Shown here in pieces: positions 47,418 through 56,650 of a DNA stretch of 64,000 nucleotides. Position 1 is the first letter of the stretch. Every line of letters begins with the position of its first letter. This stretch comes from Planctomycetota bacterium (GTDB lineage: Bacteria; Planctomycetota; B15-G4). The notes under the pieces are model-generated. The model was given only the letters and a program-made list of their open reading frames with translations, did not search any database and was not told the origin of the DNA. Location: positions 129,983 to 193,982 of the forward strand of contig JAJDEO010000069.1 of assembly GCA_029259745.1 (NCBI GenBank), given 5' to 3'. A program made the translations under genes and the position numbers.

Positions 47418-48189
47418 CGCCCTGCTCTTGCAGCTCGACTCCCGCGAACACGATGTCCGTCACGTTCGCCATGAGAAGCCGATCGACGACCTTGACGACT
47501 TCGGGATAGGTCAGCCCCTCACCGACATCGAGGACGACCCTGTGGCCTTGCCATGCCTCGGAAGCAGATCGCGCGTGCTCACCGAACGCCGCCAGATCGA
47601 GCACGGCGCCGTCCGGCATGGCGACGGTCGGCCCGGGACGCAAGCCAAGCGTCAGCTTCGGTCCGACAGCCGCATTGACCCCGACATCCTTCGGGAGCTT
47701 CGTCTCGAGCTTCGCCTCAAGCTGCTTGTACTTCGTCAGCGACATGTCCGCCATCTCCAGGAGGCTGAGATCCTCCCCAGCCGCTGGCGTGACCCGCGTG
47801 GCGAGCTGCGTGCGGAGCTGCGGGACGAACGCGAGGACGCCGTCGTTCTCGACGATCGGGACGATGACGCTCCAGCCATGAGCGAAGTCCGCGATGACCG
47901 TCAGCTCGTCCTGCTCGCGGATGCTGAGCGGCGGCTCTGAGAGGTCAACGTCCTCGACGGCCTCGAGACACGTCTCGTAGACCACGTCGACATGCTCGTT
48001 GCCCACGCATGGAAGCGCCGCGAAGGCCAGACGATCCTCGTCAGCGAGTGCCTCGAGCAGCGCAGACGCGAGATCCACCCGTGGTCCCGAGCTGCTGTCG
48101 ACAGGTATGGGGGCAACCCCCGACAGGAACGCGACGAAAAGGACGGCGAGAACGCCGAGGACGCCGAGGACCACCAAGAGCGATTTCAT
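47407..48189 (-). CDS. Membrane-anchored protein with ExbD/TolR-like C-terminal domain
   Basis: N-terminal TM helix; ends VVLDVGEGLTYPEVVKVVDRLLMANVTDIVF, like the ExbD periplasmic domain. Confidence 0.6.
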   Translation of the reverse strand: MKSLLVVLGVLGVLAVLFVAFLSGVAPIPVDSSSGPRVDLASALLEALADEDRLAFAALPCVGNEHVDVVYETCLEAVEDVDLSEPPLSIREQDELTVIADFAHGWSVIVPIVENDGVLAFVPQLRTQLATRVTPAAGEDLSLLEMADMSLTKYKQLEAKLETKLPKDVGVNAAVGPKLTLGLRPGPTVAMPDGAVLDLAAFGEHARSASEAWQGHRVVLDVGEGLTYPEVVKVVDRLLMANVTDIVFAGVELQEQGDGD

Positions 48190-48273
48190 GCGCCCCATCG
48201 TACCGCGGAGCCCCGCAGCCACACCTGCCCCCTTCCCTCGCGCGGGCTCTCGCGCAATCATGGCGGAATGCAG

Positions 48274-49140
48274 ATGTCGCACGATGATCCCACTCCCGAC
48301 GTCAACGACATCCCGGCCGTCGGCTGTGGACGTCCTGTCGTCGATCCCAAGCTCGTCGGTACGCCGATCGGTGCCACGCCCTACAGCGCGCCCGAGTCGC
48401 CGCCCGAACGCCGCGGCGTGCTCACGCAGGCCGGCATCGCCGACAAGGACGCCCTCGCGAAGCAGATCTGCGACGTGATGCGGCTCATGTATCAGAACGA
48501 GTTCGTCGTCGCGAACGACGGCAACGTCTCGTGCCGCCTGCCGAACGGCAACATCCTCATCACGGCCTCGGGCGTCCTGAAGGGTTTCATGACGCCCGAC
48601 CAGGTCATCGAATGCGACCCACAAGGACGCGCGCTCGACGGCCGTAAGGTCACCACCGAGATCCGCATGCACGTCGACGCGTACAACGTGCGGCCCGACG
48701 TGCGCGCCATCGTGCACGGGCATCCGATCTACGCCGTCGCGTTCTCGCTCGCGGGTATCTCGCTCGCGATGTGCGCGATCCCCGAGATCATCGTCACCAT
48801 GGGCACGATCCCGACGGCGCCCTACGCCACGCCGGGCACCGACGACCTGCCCGACGCCCTCGCGCCGTACCTCTCGAAGGGCGACGCGGTGATCATGGAG
48901 CGCCACGGCGTCATCTGCCTCGGCACCGACCTCTTCGACGCGTACAAGAAGATGGAGATGGTCGAGCACACGGCGAAGATCACGCATGCCGCGCGGACGA
49001 TCGGCGAGGTGCGCCCGATCGCGCCCGAAGGCGTCCAGCGTCTGCTCGAGAGTCGCAAGGAGCTCGGCTTCACGATGAAGAACAACCTCTGCGACGGCTG
49101 CGGCGCGCGCGAAGTCTGCGCGTCACCGCTCTACCCGTAG
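48274..49140 (+). CDS. Class II aldolase/adducin family protein (probably BMC-associated)
   Basis: ANDGNVS.R, ITASG..KG, TEIRMH, VHGHP, PYATPGT, MERHGV. Confidence 0.92.
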   Translation: MSHDDPTPDVNDIPAVGCGRPVVDPKLVGTPIGATPYSAPESPPERRGVLTQAGIADKDALAKQICDVMRLMYQNEFVVANDGNVSCRLPNGNILITASGVLKGFMTPDQVIECDPQGRALDGRKVTTEIRMHVDAYNVRPDVRAIVHGHPIYAVAFSLAGISLAMCAIPEIIVTMGTIPTAPYATPGTDDLPDALAPYLSKGDAVIMERHGVICLGTDLFDAYKKMEMVEHTAKITHAARTIGEVRPIAPEGVQRLLESRKELGFTMKNNLCDGCGAREVCASPLYP

Positions 49141-49296
49141 CGCGATGGCTTGCGGCGCACAGATGGTCCACCGTAACGGCGCTGCGCCGCATGAGCCTCG
49201 GGGTGACGACAGCTCGCCGATGGGTCCGATGCGCACGCGCTTCGCGTTGCTGGCCCTCGTCGCCGCACTGATCGCGCTCGCGCGCATCGCGACGTC

Positions 49297-50037
49297 GTGA
49301 GCGGCCAGCCGGTCGGCCCCAAGCGGATCGTCATCGGCGCTGTCCTCGCGATCCTCGCGATGGTGTTTGCCTACGGCGTGAGCACCACGCGCCAGAGCGC
49401 GCGCTTGACGCACGGCACAGCACCGCCGACGGCTGACCAAGCCGTGCTGCGGGTCGTCAACGCCTACGGCCTGCCCGTGCGAATCGTCGTCACTCCCGAC
49501 AACGGCACGCCCATCGAGTTCTGGCCCGTCGGCCCGGGCAGCGATCACCTCACGCTGCCGGGCAGCGCCGCGCCGGTCGAACTCACCGTCACGACGTACG
49601 CGTTCCGCGACAGGAACGACCTCGCCCCACGAGGAACCCATCGCTTCACGGCCCGCGCCGACGCCGCCGAACGCATGACCGTCTCCATCGACGGCGAGAT
49701 GGAGCTCACGCCCTCCGACGAGGCGACGCCGGGACGTCATGCCTTCAGTGTGCGTGGTGACCCCGAGCGCACGATGCGCGCGTGGTCGTGGACAGAGGCC
49801 GAGCGCGTCAACCGGTCGATCTACACGTCCGAGCAGGGCATCGGCTTCTCGTTCGATCCGACGTTCACGCCCGGCGCAGACATCACGATCACATGGGAAG
49901 TCGCGAGCGTCCGCGCAGCGAGGTCGGCCGAGGTCGTGCTGCGCGCCGGCGACTGCGAAGAACTCATCGTCGATCGCGACGGCACGTGGACGACGCACAC
50001 GCCGGGCGCCTGGCGCGCATGGTGGATGCGCCGCTGA
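49297..50037 (+). CDS. Hypothetical membrane-anchored protein
   Basis: N-terminal TM helix and beta-rich body; GC3-rich codon usage. Confidence 0.55.
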   Translation: MSGQPVGPKRIVIGAVLAILAMVFAYGVSTTRQSARLTHGTAPPTADQAVLRVVNAYGLPVRIVVTPDNGTPIEFWPVGPGSDHLTLPGSAAPVELTVTTYAFRDRNDLAPRGTHRFTARADAAERMTVSIDGEMELTPSDEATPGRHAFSVRGDPERTMRAWSWTEAERVNRSIYTSEQGIGFSFDPTFTPGADITITWEVASVRAARSAEVVLRAGDCEELIVDRDGTWTTHTPGAWRAWWMRR

Positions 50038-50260
50038 CCGGCACCGGTGCTGCTGTCTCAAGGTGGGCTTTGTCGGATTCATCTCATGCCCACATGTGAT
50101 CTGCGTCGAAGCATGGCGTCCTCTGGGTTGTCCGACGTCCCCAGAGGGCACGTCGACCGATCGCCGGCGATGTCGCGCGATCACGACGCGCTCATCATCG
50201 ACTCGACACCATGACGCTGTCGGACACCGGGGCGACGGGTCGCACACGCGGCCCGTTGCC

Positions 50261-50764
50261 TCATTCGCTCGCCAGCCAAAGAAAGGCGCGCGCGTCCTCG
50301 GAATCGAGCTCCGGGTAGCGCGTCATGCCGAGCTTCTCGGCAACGCGCTGCGACGCGAGGTTTCCCGGCGCAATCGTCGCAATGACGCGCGTCAGCCCGT
50401 GTGCACGGCGGCCGTGCTGCAACATCTCCGCACCGACTTCGGTGGCCAACCCGTGGCCCCACGCCGTCATGCGGTAGGCGTACTTGATCTCGGCGTCGTC
50501 CTGACCGCCTGGATGCACGAGCCCGCAGAAGCCGATCGTCTCGCCATCGGCGCTGCGCACGACGGCCGACATCCCGTACCCGCGCGTCGCGACGTTCGTG
50601 TTCGTGACCTCGACCCAGCGCGCGCACGTCGCGCGGTCGAGCGTCTCGCCGTCACCGAGCGCGGCCATCGTCGCGGCATCGCCGTAGACGGCGTACATCG
50701 CCTCGACGTCGCGTGCCTCGAGTTCGCGGACGCGACAGCGCGCCGTCTCGAAGAGCACGGTCAC
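50261..50764 (-). CDS. RimJ/RimL-type GNAT acetyltransferase
   Basis: ET.R..VR, IGFCGL, EIKY, WGHGLATE, NLASQRVAEKLG. Confidence 0.9.
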   Translation of the reverse strand: MTVLFETARCRVRELEARDVEAMYAVYGDAATMAALGDGETLDRATCARWVEVTNTNVATRGYGMSAVVRSADGETIGFCGLVHPGGQDDAEIKYAYRMTAWGHGLATEVGAEMLQHGRRAHGLTRVIATIAPGNLASQRVAEKLGMTRYPELDSEDARAFLWLASE

Positions 50765-51399
50765 CAGCCCGACTCCCACACGACGTCAAGCGCCTCGGCC
50801 AGCGCGATGGGCGTCACCATGACGCGTTCGAGGGGAAGCGCCCCATCTTCCATGGAGCGGATGAACTCTTCGTAGTTCTGCCAGTCGAGCTCGCCGAGCG
50901 TCTCGCGCCGACCGAGCTCCTCGCCGGTGGCTTCCTCGAAGGCCTTCACGATCAGCTCCGAGCAGTAGATCGCCTCGTCGTCCCAGTCGTAGCGGATGTC
51001 GTAGGGCTTGCCGAGGTGGCTCCGCGCGCTCGCGATGACGGCGTCGATCTGGTCGTCCCAACGCTCGTCGAAACGGGCAGCTGTGAACGCACCCACCCGC
51101 CCGCGCCGCATGAAGTGCGTGAGCGGCGTCTCGCGCACCTCACCGAGCGCCTCGAGCACGACGAGTTCGTCACCGCGTCGGGCGACGAGACCGCAGTGCG
51201 AGAACGGACTGCCCGTCGTGCCCTCGATGACGTCGACGAGTTCGTTGCGCGGCAAGGCCTGGAAGATGACGTCGCCCACGCGCGGCACGTATCCCGTCGG
51301 TGCAGTTGTGCTCGTGACGGAAAGCCCCCACACGAGCGCCACGAGCATCGCCGCAGTCGCGACGGCGACGAACGTGGAGACCTGTGAGCGGCGAGCCAT
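50761..51399 (-). CDS. YiiX/YebB-like permuted papain-like (NlpC/P60) protein
   Basis: GDVIFQ, SPFSHCG, LEA, LGKPYD, YCSELI, VTP. Confidence 0.9.
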   Translation of the reverse strand: MARRSQVSTFVAVATAAMLVALVWGLSVTSTTAPTGYVPRVGDVIFQALPRNELVDVIEGTTGSPFSHCGLVARRGDELVVLEALGEVRETPLTHFMRRGRVGAFTAARFDERWDDQIDAVIASARSHLGKPYDIRYDWDDEAIYCSELIVKAFEEATGEELGRRETLGELDWQNYEEFIRSMEDGALPLERVMVTPIALAEALDVVWESGW

Positions 51400-51800
51400 C
51401 AGGCTTGCAGCGTGGCTGCGGCGTTACGGTAGGCCTTGATCTCGAGCACGTGGTGACTCGGATCTTCGAGGGACAGCTTCGCGTGCTCATCGGGCGTGCC
51501 GCCCGCGAGGACCGTCGGCTCGCGCATGAACGCCACGCCGCGCGCTCGCAGATCGGCGGCGAGCGCCTCCCACTCCTCCCACGGCAGCACGGCACCGAAG
51601 TGACGCTTGCCCTGGGCTTCGCGCGAGAGGATGTCGTCGGGTCGATGGTGCAGTGTGATCTGGTGGCCCCAGAGCAGGATGTCGAGCCACGTGTCGCGCG
51701 TGCGGCCGAGTCGCGCGCCGAGCACGTCGACGTAGAAACGGCGCGCCGCCTCGAGATCGCCGACGTGCAGTGCGAGATGGAAGATGTGTCGGTCGCTCAC
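51399..51800 (-). CDS. VOC/glyoxalase family protein
   Basis: FHLA..V.DL..AR.FY..VLG, GHQ, HFG.VL, DPS...LE.KA. Confidence 0.9.
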   Translation of the reverse strand: MSDRHIFHLALHVGDLEAARRFYVDVLGARLGRTRDTWLDILLWGHQITLHHRPDDILSREAQGKRHFGAVLPWEEWEALAADLRARGVAFMREPTVLAGGTPDEHAKLSLEDPSHHVLEIKAYRNAAATLQA

Positions 51801-51830
51801 GCTGCCGTCTCCGAGAAGACGCCCAGCCTA

Positions 51831-51889
51831 CCCGCTCACGGGAGATCTGCGGAGCGCGCTCGTGGCAAGCTCGCGTCCCGCTCACGGGA
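51831..51889. promoter_or_regulatory. Two copies of CCCGCTCACGGGA upstream of the VOC operon (candidate operator)
   Basis: Exact 13-mers at 51831-51843 and 51877-51889, each CCCG-N4-CGGG palindromic. Confidence 0.35.
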
Positions 51890-51977
51890 ACCGCGAGACT
51901 CTGCCCGCGCGCCGTGCGCCGCCGAGATGTCAGCACGCTGGTGGACGCCACCATCGACGCAGAGAGCAGCGCGCGGA

Positions 51978-53480
51978 TCAGGTGTCGCGCAGTCGCAGCG
52001 CACCGGTTGCGTCGGGCACGAGTTCGTAGGTGAACCACCGCTTCACGCCGTTCGCCCGTTCGTAGCGGAACGCGATCACGATCGTGTGGCCGTCCGTGCG
52101 GACATTGATCGCACCGTAGACGCCGACGTTGCGCTTGAAGATCTGGTCGAGCAGCTCCGTACGCTCTGCGTTCAAGACCTCGCGCGCCTCGTCGTCGGCG
52201 ACCTCGTCGAGCGCGGCCTCGAGCGCGTCGAGCCGCTTGCGCAGCCGCGGATCTTCACGCTCGCGCGTCGAGCGCGCCAGCTCCGTGCTGAGGATCAACG
52301 GGCGCGTGCCGCTGCCCTTGCTGCCGAGCAAGCCGAGCAGGTCGGGACGCGGATGGACGTAGCCCTCGTTGTCGCCCGACGACACGACGAACGCGGCGGC
52401 GTGCGTGGCGTCGAGGAACTCTTCGCTCACGTCTGAAGCGCCGTGATGGCAGGTTTTCATGACATCCACGGCGAAGCGTTCGCGTGCAGCCTCGATCATC
52501 GCGCGCGTCTCGGAGATCGTCTGCGGCGCCTCGCCGCCATTGCCGTAGTGCCGAACGAGGAAGTGTTCGGCTGGCGTGTTGAGGTCGCCACCGAAGAGGA
52601 TCGAGACGTCGCGGTAGCAGAGCTTGAGCAGCACCGAGTGGCCGTTCTTCGTCTTGCCGTCGTCCATGGCCGTCGACGTCAGCTTGTCGCCGAAGGGTCG
52701 CAACCCCGGCGTTCCGTTCGGCGTGCGCTCGACGACCGGCCCGAGCACCTCGATCGTGAAGTCGTTCGTGTCCGACGGCGCGAACCCCGGCATCCACGTG
52801 CGACCGTCGACCTGCTCGCCGTGCTCCGTCGAGAGCATACGCACGTCGTCGAAGCGGTCGCTGTTCAGCGCCGTCCAGAGCAACTTCGGGTAGCGCTTGC
52901 CGCCGCGCACCGCGTCATCGGAGTACAGCGCATGCGCCTCGCCCTTCGTGACACGGATGTCCGTGAGGAGCCCGTCTTCGAGCGGGCCGAGCAGGTCGTC
53001 GCCGGTGCGCTCGAGCAAGCCGTTGTGATAGACGACGTCGAACGAGACCTGCTCGTTCTCGAAGATGTCCTGAAATCCGTAGTAGTGGTCCTTGTCAGGG
53101 TGCGTGACGACTGCGGCGTGGAAGCGGAAGGCCGTCTTGAAATCGCGGAAGCGCCACTTCAGGTAGCGATCCATGTTGTCGCCGACGCCCGCGTCGATGA
53201 TGACGATCTGTTCGCTGCCCGTCGGGCGCACCGGCGTGGTCAGGATGCACCCGTCGCCCTGGCCGACGTCGAGGAAGATGAGTTCACAGAGACGCTCTTC
53301 CTGGTAGTCGGACTTCTTGATCGCCATGACCTCCTGCCCCCAGGTGATCTCCGACCACTCGGCATCGATGTCGTCCCCGATGCGCAGCCAGTCCCCCCAG
53401 AGCAGCTGGCGCGTTTTCTTGCTGAGATTCGCGCGTTCGTAGAGGTAGACCGTCGGCCCTTTGGCGTAGCGGATCTGCAT
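51978..53480 (-). CDS. Stand-alone ComEC/Rec2-like metallo-beta-lactamase fold hydrolase
   Basis: DVGQGD, IDAG, THPDKDH, N..S, GGDL, HHGA, SSG...Y.HP; no TM competence domain. Confidence 0.88.
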   Translation of the reverse strand: MQIRYAKGPTVYLYERANLSKKTRQLLWGDWLRIGDDIDAEWSEITWGQEVMAIKKSDYQEERLCELIFLDVGQGDGCILTTPVRPTGSEQIVIIDAGVGDNMDRYLKWRFRDFKTAFRFHAAVVTHPDKDHYYGFQDIFENEQVSFDVVYHNGLLERTGDDLLGPLEDGLLTDIRVTKGEAHALYSDDAVRGGKRYPKLLWTALNSDRFDDVRMLSTEHGEQVDGRTWMPGFAPSDTNDFTIEVLGPVVERTPNGTPGLRPFGDKLTSTAMDDGKTKNGHSVLLKLCYRDVSILFGGDLNTPAEHFLVRHYGNGGEAPQTISETRAMIEAARERFAVDVMKTCHHGASDVSEEFLDATHAAAFVVSSGDNEGYVHPRPDLLGLLGSKGSGTRPLILSTELARSTREREDPRLRKRLDALEAALDEVADDEAREVLNAERTELLDQIFKRNVGVYGAINVRTDGHTIVIAFRYERANGVKRWFTYELVPDATGALRLRDT

Positions 53481-53620
53481 CGAGTGCCCCCGTCGTCGTG
53501 TCGTGTCTGGCCCTCACTCGCTAGCGGATTCGAGGTTGCGAACGAAGGTGCGGCCGTCGCGGCGTCCCTCGCATTCGACGCGCGCGTAGCACCAACCGAC
53601 TCCCGTGCCGGCGAGCATCG

Positions 53621-54529
53621 TCATCCGCCCGACGAGGTCGAAGTCGACGATGGTCGACGCGCCGTCGGTGTCATCCAGCGTTCCAGCCAGTCGCCGACGG
53701 CCCGGCGATACACCTCGCCGCCCGCGCGCTCGAGGTCTTCGTGCACGGCACCTTCGATGAGCATGACCTCGCGCGGGAGGTCCGCCGCCGCTGCCAGAGC
53801 GCGCGTCTCGGCGGCCGTCGTGTGCTCGTCGTCCGCCCCACCGATCACGAGCACGGGACAGTCCACCTCGTGGATGTGATCGATGGGACGCAGGACCTCG
53901 CGCGTGATGCCGAGCCGCGGCTCGAGCTGCACGAGCAGCAGTTCGGCGAGCGGCCGCGACCAGCCGCCGAGGCGCGCAGCGACGCGGTTGCGCACGGCCT
54001 CGTCGATGAACGGATAGACCGACTCGACGACGAGCGCATCGATGTCGAGCGGGCCCGCGAGGATCGCCGCCGCTCCGCCAAGAGAAACGCCGATCACCCC
54101 GATGGGTTCACCGGGATGCTGCGTTCGCGCGAAGTCGACGGCTGCGCGCGCGTCGTGCGCCTCGCGCGCGCCGAACATGATCGTCTCGCCGCTGCTCTCG
54201 CCATGACCCGAGAGGTCGATCAGGACCGACGAGTAGCCGAGGTCGCTCAACCAACGCGCCCGCTCGACCATCGCGAGCCGCGAGGTCCGGATCGGGTGCA
54301 GCAGCACGATGACACCCCGCGACGGCGCCGCTCGCACGTGCCAACCGACAATCGTCTCGCCGGATGCGGTTGCAACCGTGAAGGCGTTCGCGGGAAGCCC
54401 TGCGGGCGGACCACCGATCACGCGCGGCGCGGCTTCGATCAGTCGCCCTGCCACGACCCAGCTCGCGAGACCACCGAGCAACACCGCGGCAATCACACTC
54501 GCGCCGAGCCATCGCGCCGTTCGTTTCAT
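53621..54529 (-). CDS. Alpha/beta hydrolase
   Basis: N-terminal TM helix; D..GHGES.G, GVSLGG nucleophile elbow, G..D, GAVH. Confidence 0.9.
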   Translation of the reverse strand: MKRTARWLGASVIAAVLLGGLASWVVAGRLIEAAPRVIGGPPAGLPANAFTVATASGETIVGWHVRAAPSRGVIVLLHPIRTSRLAMVERARWLSDLGYSSVLIDLSGHGESSGETIMFGAREAHDARAAVDFARTQHPGEPIGVIGVSLGGAAAILAGPLDIDALVVESVYPFIDEAVRNRVAARLGGWSRPLAELLLVQLEPRLGITREVLRPIDHIHEVDCPVLVIGGADDEHTTAAETRALAAAADLPREVMLIEGAVHEDLERAGGEVYRRAVGDWLERWMTPTARRPSSTSTSSGG

Positions 54530-54603
54530 GTCCCGATCGTATCAATCGGCTCGCGTGTGTCTTCAACGGGCGCGCGCCACAGCCAGCGCGTATCCTCTCG
54601 GTC

Positions 54604-55056
54604 ATGCTCAAGATCTACATCGACGCCGACTCCTGCCCCGTCAAGGACGAGGTGTATCGCGTGGCCTACCGCCACACCCTCCGCGTGTACGTCGTCGCGA
54701 ACCAGTCGCTGATGGTCCCCGAGGCTGACGCGATCGAGCTGGTGCTCGTCGGCGATCGCTTCGACGAGGCCGACGACTGGATCGCCGAGCGCGTGACCGC
54801 CGGCGACCTCGTCATCACGGGTGACATCCTGCTCGCCGCGCGCTGCCTCGAGCAGGGCGCCCGCGTGATCGGGACGCGCGGGCGCATCTTCAAGGACGCC
54901 TCGATCGGCGACGCCCTCGCGGCCCGCGAAGCCGCCGCGACCCTGCGCGAGATGGGCATCGACGTGAAGGGTCCGGCGCCGTTCGAGCCGCGTGACCGCT
55001 CGCGCTTCCTGCAGGCCTTCGAAGAGCTCATCCAGGCCATCAAGCGCGGGCGCTGA
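54604..55056 (+). CDS. YaiI/YqxD family protein
   Basis: IYIDADSCPVK, ADDWI, VITGDILLA, DRSRFL. Confidence 0.93.
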   Translation: MLKIYIDADSCPVKDEVYRVAYRHTLRVYVVANQSLMVPEADAIELVLVGDRFDEADDWIAERVTAGDLVITGDILLAARCLEQGARVIGTRGRIFKDASIGDALAAREAAATLREMGIDVKGPAPFEPRDRSRFLQAFEELIQAIKRGR

Positions 55057-55179
55057 GGCGGGCTTCACGCGCAGCGAGCAGGTCGCCGTCGGGCTCCGTG
55101 GAAAACATCGCATCGGATGCGCGACGTGCCACTCCAGCAGGTCGACCGTATTCGAGACATCCCGGGCACCGCCGTCGGA

Positions 55180-55390
55180 GTACGGCAAGGTGCTGCCGAA
55201 CGGCTGGGCGGTCACGCTCTCGAACGAGATCTACCTCGACCACGAGGGCGTCTGCTGGGAAGTCGCCGGCATTCCGCCGGAGATCGAGATCCCGATCTTC
55301 GACCCGGACGACCTCTATGTCGGACACGTCGAGGCGGTTCAACGCGTGGCCGAGATGATCCGCGCCGGCGCCGAAGACGACGCGCGTTGA
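55180..55390 (+). pseudogene. Orphan C-terminal fragment of an S41-like peptidase
   Basis: KVLPNGWAVTLSNEIYLDHEGVCWEVAGIPPEI matches the S41 C-terminal LPNG..SNE.Y..G..E..GI.P pattern; no catalytic region upstream. Confidence 0.65.
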
Positions 55391-55498
55391 CTCGGATTCA
55401 TGAACGATCTCCTGCGGTCGCATCCGAAGCCCTCCTGGCAGCGTCGAAGCGACCTTTCTGATCCTCCACAAGGCAGGCCGCCTCCGGTCAGAACCCTC

Positions 55499-55524
55499 GC
55501 TTCGCCTTGCCGGCAAGGCGAAGC
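55499..55524. terminator. Perfect 26-bp palindrome between convergent genes
   Basis: GCTTCGCCTTGCC/GGCAAGGCGAAGC. Confidence 0.55.
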
Positions 55525-55560
55525 TGCGACCTCGTGACGGTCGTCCATGAACAACCCGGG

Positions 55561-56565
55561 TCAACCCGGTCGTCGAGGCGCTGCCACGACACCGCCGTCA
55601 ACGAGATTGAGATCCCCGGTGCGCCAGCGCGCGCAGAGGTCTCGCGCGGCCTCGCCCCAGTCGGGCTGCTGAAACGTGAACCCCGACTCGAGTAGGCGCG
55701 TCGGCACGACTCGGCGGCTCTTCAGGATCAGCTCCGTCTCGGTGCGCAGGAAGACGGCGCCGATCTCGAGCATCCACGCCGCGGCCGGCAAGCCGAAGCG
55801 CCGGCCCCACGCCGCGCGAATCGCGCGCATGAAGGCGGCGTTCGTCAGTGGGTTCGGTGAACAGAGGTTGATGGCGCCGTCGAGCTCGGCGTGCTCGAGG
55901 ATCCAGAAGATCGCGCGCACGAAATCGGCGTCGTGGATCCAGCTGACGAACTGTCGACCGTCGCCCGACGCACCGCCGAGCCCACGCCGCACGAGCGCGA
56001 GCAAGACGTCGAACACGCCACCCTTGTCGGGACTCATGACCATCGCCGAGCGCAGCTTGACGACGCGCGTGTGGGGCAGTGTCACCGCGTCGGCGGCCGC
56101 TTCCCACGCGCGTGCGACGTCGATGCTGAAGCGCCACGTGTCGGGGACGTCGGGTTCGTCGCCGCCGAGGATGCCCGTCGCTTCGTCGTTCGGCGCGTCG
56201 TAGCGGTGGGCGTAGATCGTCGCCGTGCTCGACTGCAGCCACGTGTGCGGCGGGTGCTTGCTGGCTGCGATGACTTCGCCGAGCGCACGCGTCGTCGTGA
56301 CGCGCGAGTTCATGATCCGCGCGCGGTTGGCCGTCGAGTAGCGACAGTTCACCGTGTGGCCCGCGAGGTTGACGACGACATCCGAGCCGTCGATCTCCTC
56401 GCACCAGGGCCCAGGAACAGTCGGGTCCCAAGTCTCAGTGCGCCAGGGAACGTCGGCGTGCCCCGGCGATCGACTGAGCACGACGACGTCATGCCCGAGA
56501 CCGTGGAATGCCCGTGCGAGCACCGCACCCACCTGCCCTGATCCCCCGGGAAGAACCATCTTCAT
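55561..56565 (-). CDS. TIGR01777/YfcH-like NAD-dependent epimerase family protein
   Basis: PGGSGQVG, VNLAG, SRV.TT, AWE, GDG.QFVSWIH..D, P.RL...GF.F. Confidence 0.92.
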   Translation of the reverse strand: MKMVLPGGSGQVGAVLARAFHGLGHDVVVLSRSPGHADVPWRTETWDPTVPGPWCEEIDGSDVVVNLAGHTVNCRYSTANRARIMNSRVTTTRALGEVIAASKHPPHTWLQSSTATIYAHRYDAPNDEATGILGGDEPDVPDTWRFSIDVARAWEAAADAVTLPHTRVVKLRSAMVMSPDKGGVFDVLLALVRRGLGGASGDGRQFVSWIHDADFVRAIFWILEHAELDGAINLCSPNPLTNAAFMRAIRAAWGRRFGLPAAAWMLEIGAVFLRTETELILKSRRVVPTRLLESGFTFQQPDWGEAARDLCARWRTGDLNLVDGGVVAAPRRPG

Positions 56566-56650
56566 CGCGACGCCCCATGTGCTTGAAGTGCGACAGGTCG
56601 TGGCCTGTCGAGAGGCTTCATAGCATGCCGCGACCCGCTCGCCGCCCTCG

